A stretch of 64,000 nucleotides of DNA from Phoronis australis (Eukaryota; Animalia; Phoronida), in contig NMRA01000371.1 in NCBI GenBank assembly GCA_002633005.1, forward strand, positions 174,159 through 238,158, given 5' to 3'. Position numbers and translations under genes: made by a program. Under the pieces are notes generated by a model, which searched no databases, was not told the origin of the DNA, and saw only the letters and a program-made list of their open reading frames with translations. The first letter of the stretch is position 1; each line of letters opens with the position of its first letter. Positions 11,401-22,482 of the stretch are shown in pieces.

Positions 11401-14400
11401 GCCAAGGCCGGTGTCTTCGAAGAAGCCTTGAGGGGTTTCATCCTGGGAAGCGTAAAATGAGAAAAGTTTGCTAGTGAAGAAACACATACACAGCACAGCC
11501 TTCGAAGCCGACTGGAAAAAAGGTTTTGCTTCATCCTAGCTTCTGCAGAAGAATTTTCACTTTTGCGAACTTTATATATTATTGTCAAGGTGAGAAGGAA
11601 CAAATTTCACGTTTTTCTTGTCATGTGACCTCTGACCTCAAATGTTTATGCAATACGAAAGCTGTAGTGAATCAAAATTTAACTTCGTATTTCCACACAC
11701 AGAAACTTGATGAAACAAAAGTGACTAAAGACACAAACAACACAATACAGAAGAAGTCACAATTTAAAGACAGCAGATGACATAACAATTCACCTGCTTA
11801 TAGAGATGTGTCAGAAACATTCTACAAAGCCACAGTTTAAGAGAATGAATATTGGCAAGTCGTATATCCGCTCTTCAGCACAACTGCCCTTCTTTTGATG
11901 GCACAAAACTCAACTTGACAAAGTATACACAAATGCTTCTTTTGCGAATGCATCACACAATCAGCCACAAACCTGCATTCCATCCAGGAATCAACCTTTT
12001 GATTTAGACCATAAAATTGATCTCAACTTGTTCCTTACAAAGACAATCTCTTGAAATCACCTCAAATTTGACTAAAACAATCGAGACCAATTTCACAACA
12101 TTAAGTGTTTTAAATCAAAAAGTCTTTTGTGACAGAAGGTGGGTTTGTATGGAAGGTGGGTTTGTAGCTGGTTTAAATGACGAGCTCACGTTGGCAAAAT
12201 CTTGTCCATCTGGAACACTCATGCAAAATGCCAACATAAATGACCAGTGTATACTATTCAAGTGCTTGACAAACAAGAGCAACACAGACGGTTGGTATGC
12301 GCCCTCCATGTCTATCGCAAACGGTTAACATATAAGGGACATTAATTTTGCTACTCAAATACTTCCACGCAAGTCGGATTCATTCGAATATCAACACCAG
12401 TTGTGCTCTCCTCATGAAGGACATGCACATTAAATTTCATGAGGATCCATAAAAGACATTGGTAATCATTAAGGTAGACGCAAGGACAATTTGCCACCAG
12501 GGGGCACCCGAGTAGTCACATCAATTCAAAAACCAACACTAGCTGTCACTTCCTCTAGAGAACCAATGTTCCAAATTTCATGAAGAAACGTTAAAGAACT
12601 TGAACTGGATAGACAGCCAGTGGAGAAGACAACACACATTGCCACAAGGGAGCACCACAGTAGTCAAATCCATCTAAAATCAACACCAGCTGTGGTACTG
12701 AGGCAAGCACACAAAAAAACTGCCGCTACGGGGCACAACAGTAGTCAGAACTGTCAGATAATGTACCACAGCCATAATCTCCTCAATTAGATCACAGTTC
12801 CATTGAAGAATTTGATAAATATTGAGGGAAACACTAAGAACTAAAAGTGTCACTAAGTGACATCACAGTAGATCTATGTGAAAATAAACGTCAGCCATAC
12901 TCCCCTCAACATGAACCCATCTGCAAACTTTCAAGACGTCTCTGAAACAGTTTGGCAAATAGGGAGGCAGGTGCCAAAAAAAGGAAAACAAATGGCTGCT
13001 AAGGGACACCACAATATTCGGCATGTCTGAAAATCTGTTAGCCATGCTCTCCTTACTGTGAACACATCTGCCAATAGAGACATGGATGCCAAAAACACAC
13101 GCAAACAAAACAAAATTGCCTCTAGAGGACATCAGTAGCTGGATACGCCCACCACAGGTTGCTGTCACCTGTTAATATGAACACACCTGAAGAAGATCCT
13201 GAAATGGGTATCGGAGATGCAACAGGATATGCGACACAGAGATGACAATAATGTGCACTCACATTATGTAGATGTGGGCGCATAAAAATTAAGATGTCCT
13301 AAACACGAATGACAATCAAAAGACAGGGAACCATACAGTTTAATTGTTTCCAAATAACTGGCAGTGTTACACTTGATGAGATACCTGTGTTTCCAGGGAT
13401 CAAATTTCTTCACTGACTTCTTAAGAATTAGGAGACCCATAAAAATATCCTTGATGACCACAGAATCTTTTTAATGTTCAAAAAGTATTGCTCAGATGTT
13501 CATAATCACATACTTGCATTTTCTGGAAGAACCAAAATTTTTCATGGAGATGGACTATAATTTTCCACAAACATGAATTTTTTGACACGAAATCTGTCCG
13601 GGATCTCATCTTAAGACCCTCTACCCCTACAGTTCTCCCTCTGCCCCTACAGCTCCCCCTCTACCCCTACAGCTCCCCCTCTACCCCTACAGCCCCCCTC
13701 TNNNNNNNNNNNNNNNNNNNNNNNNNNNNNNNNNNNNNNNNNNNNNNNNNNNNNNNNNNNNNNNNNNNNNNNNNNNNNNNNNNNNNNNNNNNNNNNNNNN
13801 NNNNNNNNNNNNNNNNNNNNNNNNNNNNNNNNNNNNNNNNNNNNNNNNNNNNNNNNNNNNNNNNNNNNNNNNNNNNNNNNNNNNNNNNNNNNNNNNNNNN
13901 NNNNNNNNNNNNNNNNNNNNNNNNNNNNNNNNNNNNNNNNNNNNNNNNNNNNNNNNNNNNNNNNNNNNNNNNNNNNNNNNNNNNNNNNNNNNNNNNNNNN
14001 NNNNNNNNNNNNNNNNNNNNNNNNNNNNNNNNNNNNNNNNNNNNNNNNNNNNNNNNNNNNNNNNNNNNNNNNNNNNNNNNNNNNNNNNNNNNNNNNNNNN
14101 NNNNNNNNNNNNNNNNNNNNNNNNNNNNNNNNNNNNNNNNNNNNNNNNNNNNNNNNNNNNNNNNNNNNNNNNNNNNNNNNNNNNNNNNNNNNNNNNNNNN
14201 NNNNNNNNNNNNNNNNNNNNNNNNNNNNNNNNNNNNNNNNNNNNNNNNNNNNNNNNNNNNNNNNNNNNNNNNNNNNNNNNNNNNNNNNNNNNNNNNNNNN
14301 NNNNNNNNNNNNNNNNNNNNNNNNNNNNNNNNNNNNNNNNNNNNNNNNNNNNNNNNNNNNNNNNNNNNNNNNNNNNNNNCCCTACAGCTCCCCCTCTCCT

Positions 14401-17400
14401 CTACCCCTACAGCTCCCCCTCTACCCCTAGAGCTCCACTACTTTCGTTTGTGCTTAGAATACTGATGTCTTCATTTTTAACAGTGGATTTCTCAGGCAAA
14501 AAGACCGTAAACACAAATTACAGACAAGCTAGGTATATGGAATAAAGAAACAGCATTTGCACGTTTGAGGAACAAATTCATCCTTGTGGAAGTTACAGCA
14601 AACTATGTAAAAATAAAGATTTTTAGAAAAATTGTAGTTACAGGTCACTTCTTACGAGCTCAAATTGAGATTATGTGATCCTCAAGGATTCTTTAAGTAT
14701 TATAAGTCAGCAGCTCATGAATAGAAAATTATTTATGAAATTATTTCCTTAGTAACGATGGTAGCCAACTACCTGAAGGCTGCCCAGATGGACGAAGCAA
14801 TGTAAACTGTACTTAACCAACAGTTGTGCTCACACGTTGTATTTGGGACACATGCAACATCAAGGACAAAATGGTGAAAAGGGGAACTGTTGGATACATT
14901 TTGTAATGGGCCATGAAATTGTGAAAACTGAGAAATTTGAGGAAGGCTTATTCGTCAACATTATAGTCAATACGATGAACTATTTTATTGCAAATTGTTA
15001 CTACTAGTTCAAAAAGTACGTTCTTGTTTTTCCTGAAGTGTCTATTATACAGAGAGTCTACAAAGACACGGAACACACCAGTGTCTGTTCACAGGAATAG
15101 AACAGCGTCTGCTTGCAAAATAAGACAACAAGCACAAGACATGTTCACAAAAACAGTTAGTTCAGCACAGCTGTTCGCAGAAACATGACACGGAGGCAAA
15201 AATATAGTGCGCAAAAATATAAAATAGCTCCGAGAATGAGAATTAAGGTAAAACAGATACATGATAAACTCGCAACAGATTTCTTGACCTGCCAACAACA
15301 TTACCATGGAAACCACATCAACACGATAACCACCCAACAACAACTCAAACCAGGTGCAAGGGAAGATTTTAAGGTATTTAACCCCATACGTTCATGTATC
15401 CTTACGCATGCAACATACTAAAAGCAGACGGACATGACATGCAAGTTGTGTGGTGGCAGACAAACCATTGTCTGATCAGTAAATTGTCTTGAAATCACTG
15501 ATGAAGCAACCAACTGTTTGTTAATGGTTAGTAAAGGAGTAGCATGCTAGTCATGTGACATGTTTAGAGGGGCTGTTAATACAGGGCTAACAAACTAAAA
15601 TGGCAAAATCAAACGGAAACAAAAGACTGCCCGTAAACAAGATTATTCAAACATTTTGATACAACAAAATGTGGACAGAAGACATTACAATGGTATGTCA
15701 TAGTAATTCTAAAAATCTAAAAAAACACATTTAACTGCAAGACATGGACTTCCAACTTAATAATGTATTTTTTAAGAATCCTACATTCTAATGCCTGCCG
15801 ACAAAGGACAGAAACAAGCATTACAAGATAACAAAAAAGCAAGTTGGAAGACAAGCCGCCCGTCAGCCCGTCACAAGCTAATGAAAACTGTTGCAAAGTT
15901 TACCACGTACAGAATGCGTATGGCATTTGGCTTTATGTTAATCCATATTCTCTTAGAGCTGTTTCAATTGCTTCGTCCTTTGAAAATATAAAGGAGACGA
16001 TAATGAATGATTACACACTGCCACAGATAAGGCAATAATTACAAGCCTGCATCAAAAGAAACAAAGGAACAGCGACATGACGACAGACGAACCGGAGCAC
16101 CAGCAACAGCAAGACAAAGTGAACAGTGTGAAGCAGTGAAATATTTGAAATATGTGCGTCGTGCGAACAAGTCAAGGTTGAAAATGGGACACGACGGTTT
16201 AACTATGAGCTGTTGAAATTCATCGACATGATTTAAGAAAAGTGATTTAAGAAAAGACCATGGAGAGAAAGAGAGTTGTGGACTTCCTGGCACAGCCAGA
16301 ACAGAGAAAAGAAAAATGATGATTGTACATACATGGCACCAAATGTAACTATGTGGCCTTACCTATGTTCACATTTCATGCTAACAATTTTAACACAAGC
16401 AGCATTTTACTGACAACACTTTGTCTAGTCTCTACAAGAAAGGACTCACAATTCATTCAGAGCTTGAGAAAATACTCGACTCAGAAAAATTCACAAAACA
16501 GAAGAAATGGCATAACTCCCACACTAAGACATTTCCTACAAAACACTTGATGACATAGTGAACGCAACGCAAACATTTAATTCCCTGTACAAACATTTCA
16601 GGCAGTTTTCAATTTTTATAGAACAGTGTTCCCGTGCCTCAATGAAACATGAATAAATTACTATGTTGTGCGAGACGTACAGTGCTGATGGTGAGAGACA
16701 ATAGTATTGAAAGATGAAATATTGCTAGAGACAATAGTATTGAAAGATGAAATATTGCTAGAGACAATAGTATTGAAAGATGAAATATTGCTAGAGACAA
16801 TAGTATTGAAAGATGAAATATTGCTAGAGACAATAGTATTGAAAGATGAAATATTGCTAGAGACCCTGCAATCATGTGTTAAATAGTGCCCTGCAGGATG
16901 CAACAAAACTGAAAGCTTCATGATTCTTTGAGTAAAAAGACCAGCGTCGTGAGACGAGTACGAAAATGAAAACTTCACTCTATTCTGTGAGAAATTTTGG
17001 GGATGAGAAATTCTAAGTATACAACTAAGTGAAAAACAAAAGCAATGCACTTGAAATAAAAGCATTTCATGCAATGTTGGTGATAAAGTAAGAAGTTCTG
17101 CAACAGCGCCAGCCCCAACATGCAGCATACACAACATCATGCTTTCAATATAAGAGATAGAACTGGACAGTTCTCAGATGGACACTGGACAGTTCTCAGA
17201 TAGAACTGGACAGTTCTCAGATACACTGGACAGTTCTCAGATAGACACTAGACAGTTCTCAGATACACTGGACATATCTCAGATAGAACTGGACAGTTCT
17301 CAGATGGACACTGGACAGTTCTCAGATGGACACTGGACAGTTCTCAGATGGACACTGGACAGTTCTCAGATAGAGACTGTGTAATGGCCAGGACAACGTA

Positions 17401-20400
17401 GATGCATCATTCAAAGAATGACCACAAATGAGCTGAAAATCAAAAGATTTCCAACACCACTGGCGGATCTGAGAATAGTCCACTCCTACACCAAAGATTA
17501 GAGAACACAATTTATAGACATACTTGACAGTGTAGGGGGCTGAGCGATGAAAATGTCCAAAACTGTTACTGTTTAGCCAGAAGTTTTCGTCATTTTTACC
17601 AGAATTTTAGAAGGGGCAACAGCCTGCCCCACATCTGCCTAATACATCTGACACATACCAGGTAAGAGTATTATGTAAATGATAAGAAACCAGGGTCCAA
17701 TAAAAAATTTTTGATAACAAAAAAAAAATTGAAATGATACATCAACATGAAAAATAATTCAATTTTTCTTCGAAGATTTTGACACAATCAGACATTTTAT
17801 GCAAAGCGTGATGACCCTGTTATCACACAGATTAAATCACTCATTCCTGACAATATCTGACAGTAAGATGCTTAAGTTTTCAGTGAACCCGTTCTCAATA
17901 CAACTGAATACCAAACCAGCACATCTATAAATTCAGACCAGAGACAGAACACCCACAAAAAAGTACCCAAACAATTAAGCTCCGCCCCACCATTACCTCT
18001 TGCAGAGCGTCCTGCGCTGCAATGGATTTCAGCACATTCTTCTTGCTGGTTTCCTGGACCTCACCTCCCAGTAGAAACTCATCAAGCATGAAGTAGGCCT
18101 TCTCAAAGTTGAAGATTATGTCCAGCTCACACACCTGGGACACAGTTACTGACAGCATTAGAATTAGGAGCCATGATCGGCACAAGGAATCTGGTCGTGT
18201 TCAGGAAATATTCTTTTTAAGCTGTGGAAATCAAAGCTTCTGCCAAGACAGTGAAAATCAATTTAACAAGAGTTATACCTTCTGCTGTAAATATTCTATG
18301 ACTTGTGCAAAGTTCACATACGTCTTCAGTTAATCTAGTCTTTTTACAGAATGACATCCAAAACATTCATATTTCAACATACTTCTTAAAACATTTGAAG
18401 GTAATTGTCAAACTTCATGAAGTACTCTCGCATATCATCAAATAACTCTTTCACTGACCATTTTCAACCCTAAACATACGTATATTCTGAATATTTGATG
18501 AGTGGAGAATCTTAATTCATGTCTTACATGACCGACCAAAACGTCGTACCAATGTAAATAGGTTAGAGGATGGTGTAAACGAAACCAATAAATTTTAGAA
18601 ATGATGTTACACATAACCACCTCAAAACACTTTTAGGAAGACATTATGTAAACGGTATGGTCTCGACTACGGAAAGCCAATGCAGAATAAATTCCAGGAA
18701 ACATAATTTCTATTCAACAATTAAAATCTCTTCAGAACCAAAAAAACAACTCAAAACCAGAATTTAACAAGTCAGTGCCCAAAATTTATCAAGTCAGGAG
18801 CCAAATTCAACACGTCACGATCGAAAACTTATCACGCCAGGACCAAAAATTTATTGAGTCAAACCCAAAAACTTATCATGCTAGGACAGAAAATTTTCAT
18901 GCCAGGAGACCACCTGAACATCCACTCATAATCTGTTGTGTCTCTAATACTCAGCCATATTCAAGTCTAATGTGTCCAAGTGTACATTGACGTCTGTGTA
19001 GAAGAGGCATCGCATTGTCACAATAAGATGACTGTTGTCAGCAAGACGTCTCTGAATGCTTAGTCCTTTTGTACCTAGTACCGACGTTATTCCTTTGAGG
19101 AGTCAATACTTGTGAAAAATCATGTGGTCTCTTGACATAAAAGTTTTCTGGCGTGATCAATTTTCGGTCCTAACATGTAAAATTTTGGTCTTGAAGAGTT
19201 AAATTTTCAATTCTGAAGTGACAAATTATGGGTCCTGACATAACAAATTTTTGGCCCTGACATGATAAATTATGGTCTTAAGTGGTTTTTTGGTCTTGCA
19301 AAGTGAAAGTAACGTTTTAAACTTTTGGATCGATTTTAGTTAGTACATAAGTGAATTCTGGTTTTGAGGTATTTACTTTTGGCCCTGCAAAGTAAAAATG
19401 TTTTGGTCCATTTTTAATTTTATAGTTTTCCGCTATGGGTTTCCACGCCCATCACATGCATCTCATTCAGAACACAAAAGAGTGACTGCTTGTGATAAAT
19501 CTGTGCTGGGATCTCTTCTATTTACTTCAAAAGCCAAATGTGTGGACAAAGAAATACTTACACTACCAAAATACTTGTCTAGAAGTTCCACGTATCTATG
19601 GATGATCTCCAGTGCAAGAAGTTCATTGTCTTCGTTTTCAATTGCACAACAGAAGTATAGACTAGCGTATCTAGAAATGAAACAACTCTTGATGATATAT
19701 ACCATTGTAATGTAGTAATTCTTCAACTCTACCACACACTATGAGGACACATAAAATTTTCTCGACAACAATGCTATATTGAGAGCTGCTTTGGTGGTCA
19801 GACAGCAAACAATAAAGTGGTTTATGGAGACAAAAATACCTATGAGCTTCATTACGACCACCCCATAACAATAAACTATAAGAAGAACCCAGACGAAATG
19901 TGGATTCAGAAAGACATCAGGACTTTTAAAGAAGTCTCGCTCATATGATTTGGAGGTGGGTGGCAAGCCGAGCATGGACGCAGCGAACATTTTCCAAATT
20001 TGGGTCGCATGCTCATTGACACAGAAGACGGATACTGTATTTGGTTATTCAGAAAAATAAATTAAATGGTTTACAAATTAAGGATAAACACACAAAAAAG
20101 AATTTTAATAAGAAACTCAACTTGACGATTTCCTTGTATTAAGATATTTTTCTATAGTAGCGTAATCATAACAACCTTTTGTACACAATTTTCAAGTCCT
20201 TCCACTCAAGAAAGCTGCACATTTTGGGTTTACGAGCCAACACAGTAGTTATCAACTCTCGTGTAATTTTCTTCTTCGCCTTGTCCTGATGTGGAATGTA
20301 CCATTTCTGAAGCCGTAGTTTGCCCTGACGGCTGAACAGCAACATAAATTGCATCTACAAAAGAAGAGGGACATAGCACTTGAATGACTCCAGTCATAAA

Positions 20401-21744
20401 CTATTTAGCCATAAGCCTTCACACGTCTATTTTGTGAATGTCCAGACATAGGCTTTTGAGTTGACCCTAAACAAATCGCCTCTTACTATTAGGTGAATGG
20501 TTTGGAGATATGAGCTAAGCTAAAACAATCGAGATAAGCTCCATGTCCCGGCGTGACCAGGTGTAGCCTTGGTGCAAAGCTGTAAAATAAATGTACAGCT
20601 TTGAGCCGATGTGGGTAAAAAAAATGACCAGACACAAAATAATGTCATTAAAAATTACACTCTTCCTTGAGTAAACAAAATTGGCATTCCAGCGTTATTC
20701 TGCAGCTTAAGTTATGGAGGGATATTTTGTGTAGGCTTCTTGTGCCATGAAACATGGCGTTACTATTGGCCAGTTTTCTATTTTGCCATTTCTTCACTCA
20801 ACTATTCTTCTTCCACGAGGTTGCTTACATGTCACAACAAATTACTGTAACTGATTTCACTTCCTTACAAGCTGGAGCAGGACACCGTGAATGGTAAGAA
20901 GAAAGAACAATTGCTAATGGTTTGTTGAAACCTTGTTTTGTGTAAATTTTTTGAGTTTTGTGTTTGATATGGATGGCTGAAGTGAAGCACCCGTGAAATT
21001 TCTGGTCAGGAGTGTCATACCTTGTAGTATTATATATAGTGTATTATATATAGTGTATTGGAGACGATCAGAAGATGAGGACGCCTGTGGCTTCATCCAG
21101 GGCGATGTAATTGCCTTGCTACTAGTACACTCCGAAACCCTATAGTCGTCCGCCTAAGCATAAAACCGGCTTGTTGTCTTACTCACCCAATTATTCCACT
21201 TCAAAGTTATGATCTGAATAGGACTTGATTTAACTCTCACAAATATATAGTATTCGTTGATTCAAACGTTTTCTTTTACTTAAGCCGAGTTGTTCAACTG
21301 TGCATTGGTTTTCGGCAGCCATTTTATAATGACACCTATGGTCGTCATGTGCTGCCGCCTTTTGAAAGGACAGAAAACCACACAGAAAAAGGCCAANTAA
21401 GAAGAAAGAACAATTGCTAATGGTTTGTTGAAACCTTGTTTTGTGTAAATTTTTTGAGTTTTGTGTTTGATATGGATGGCTGAAGTGAAGCACCCGTGAA
21501 ATTTCTGGTCAGGAGTGTCATACCTTGTAGTATTATATATAGTGTATTGGAGACGATCAGAAGATGAGGACGCCTGTGGCTTCATCCAGGGCGATGTAAT
21601 TGCCTTGCTACTAGTACGTAGTAGTAGGTCCGTGAACCTGAACCAGCTCGCCTTGTACTTGTAGTTGTACATTACCACATTAGAACAAACAGTACAAACA
21701 GCATACATAGAAATTGCATATATAAGATCCTGACAACTTACCAT
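8410..21744 (-). CDS. AP1S2: AP-1 complex subunit sigma (AP1S1/2/3 family, most like AP1S2), complete, with alternative last exons
   Basis: Exons: ATG only 21744-21742, then 20354-20176 (179 nt), 19670-19562 (109 nt), 18134-17997 (138 nt), then either 11442-11398 (157 aa protein) or 8463-8410 (160 aa protein). Translation [20 protein letters not shown]...YKRYASLYF...[36 protein letters not shown] is the conserved sigma1 sequence. Confidence 0.95.
11398..11442 (-). CDS. AP1S2: AP1S terminal exon 5a ([14 protein letters not shown])
   Basis: ttttctcattttacgcttcccag|GAT GAA ACC CCT CAA GGC TTC TTC GAA GAC ACC GGC CTT GGC TGA; resembles the recalled insect AP-1 sigma C-terminus; AATAAA on the minus strand at 11268-11263. 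Confidence 0.85.
   Translation of the reverse strand, partial: DETPQGFFEDTGLG
13617..14440. repeat. 20-bp minisatellite (CTACCCCTACAGCTCCCCCT) flanking an N gap at 13702-14379
   Basis: Same unit on both sides of the gap. Confidence 0.93.
15406..15417 (-). CDS. AP1S2: Candidate 12-nt AP1S microexon (YVAC)
   Basis: Minus strand tgcatgtcatgtccgtctgcttttag|TATGTTGCATGC|gtaagg; phase 0 on both sides, no stop codon. Confidence 0.5.
16695..16864. repeat. 33-bp minisatellite (GAGACAATAGTATTGAAAGATGAAATATTGCTA), ~5 copies
   Basis: Perfect tandem copies. Confidence 0.95.
17155..17373. repeat. 20-22-bp minisatellite (ACACTGGACAGTTCTCAGATGG), ~10 copies
   Basis: Tandem copies with variants. Confidence 0.93.
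17997..18134 (-). CDS. AP1S2: AP1S exon 4
   Basis: tcccag|GTG TGT ... CAA GAG|gtaatg; [46 protein letters not shown]. Confidence 0.95.
18660..19445. mobile_element. Foldback/MITE-like element with long subrepeated inverted arms, in AP1S intron 3
   Basis: AAAACCAGAATTTAAC mirrors GTGAATTCTGGTTTT; AATTTATCAAGTCAGG mirrors CCTGACATGATAAATT; repeated AGGACCAAAAATTT units mirror AAATTTTGGTC units. Confidence 0.6.
19562..19670 (-). CDS. AP1S2: AP1S exon 3
   Basis: ttctag|A TAC GCT ... GGT AGT|gtaagt; [36 protein letters not shown]. Confidence 0.95.
20176..20354 (-). CDS. AP1S2: AP1S exon 2
   Basis: ttgtag|ATGCAA ... AAAAG|gttgtt; [59 protein letters not shown]. Confidence 0.95.
20895..21617. repeat. 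Near-identical ~220-bp direct duplication (20895-21128 and 21398-21617) across a single N
   Basis: Copy 2 begins immediately after the N at 21397; copy 1 has an extra 14-bp TATATA-type unit. Confidence 0.9.
21742..21744 (-). CDS. AP1S2: AP1S exon 1 coding part (initiator ATG only)
   Basis: Minus strand ttcatcATG|gtaagt: strong donor directly after ATG, and the next exon begins ttgtag|ATG CAA TTT. An ATG-only first exon is recalled for AP1S1. Confidence 0.7.
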
Positions 21745-22426
21745 GATGAAAATTTGGCCTGCGCCACAGGAAATTCCTGTGACTGCACTTGTACACTGTT
21801 CACAAACGAAATTCACTCAAATTCACGAAAACCTGTAAGCGGAAAGTGGCTGAGGTGGAGAAGTGACGTCAGTTAATTCAGCACATTTTGATGACGAAAG
21901 CAACGAATACTGCAAGCAGGCGAACATTTTGATTTTGATGTAGTAAAACACCCTTGTGTTTGAATTTTTGGAGATTCATATCGTGCTGGTAATAATTGTC
22001 TCAAAGATAAAACGCATGGTTAAAATTTAGGCCAAATGTTGCTGTTTGAAAGCATTTCGCCTAGAAAGCTAGTTTTCACGTTGGCCGAGAGGTAGCAGCA
22101 CAGATGGAGCAATGTGTTGTTTTCGCCTAACCAAAGACATACGGTCTCTGGCCTAACTACTGACTGGTTATGTAACGATGACCTATCAACTCTGTCCCCT
22201 GATGTGCGTTCCGTGAACGCAAGACTTTCGCGAAAATATAAAACCTCGCGAGATATCATCATGCATTACAAGTAGTGCAGAGCACTAGCACTAGCTTTTG
22301 TCGCAAGATTCTTGCATTGACGGAACTGAACCCTGATGACATTTATGTAAGAGTCTGTTTCCAGAAGTGCATAAAAGACGTAAAAGAAACTGCTTACGCT
22401 GTTCATCAACCGTGTGTCTTTTCACC
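21745..22426. promoter_or_regulatory. Putative bidirectional promoter and 5'UTRs between AP1S (-) and DHRS12 (+)
   Basis: Divergent ATGs at 21744 and 22427. CpG-richer than flanks. CRE palindrome TGACGTCA 21864-21871, TTTCGCGAAA 22226-22235, and CCTCGCGAGA (near TCTCGCGAGA) 22244-22253. Confidence 0.65.
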
Positions 22427-22482
22427 ATGAGTATCTACAGAAATGTCGTGTGGTATTTAAAAGGGAAGAAAGAATACATGAA
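22427..22482 (+). CDS. DHRS12: DHRS12 exon 1
   Basis: caccATG AGT ATC TAC ... ATG AA|gtgagt; MSIYRNVVWYLKGKKEYM. Confidence 0.9.

Noticed and set aside
15396-15403. GTATCCTT, a U12-type donor consensus, on the + strand near ZRSR2
   Set aside because: Antisense to AP1S and not at any + strand exon boundary; all introns modelled here look U2-type GT-AG.
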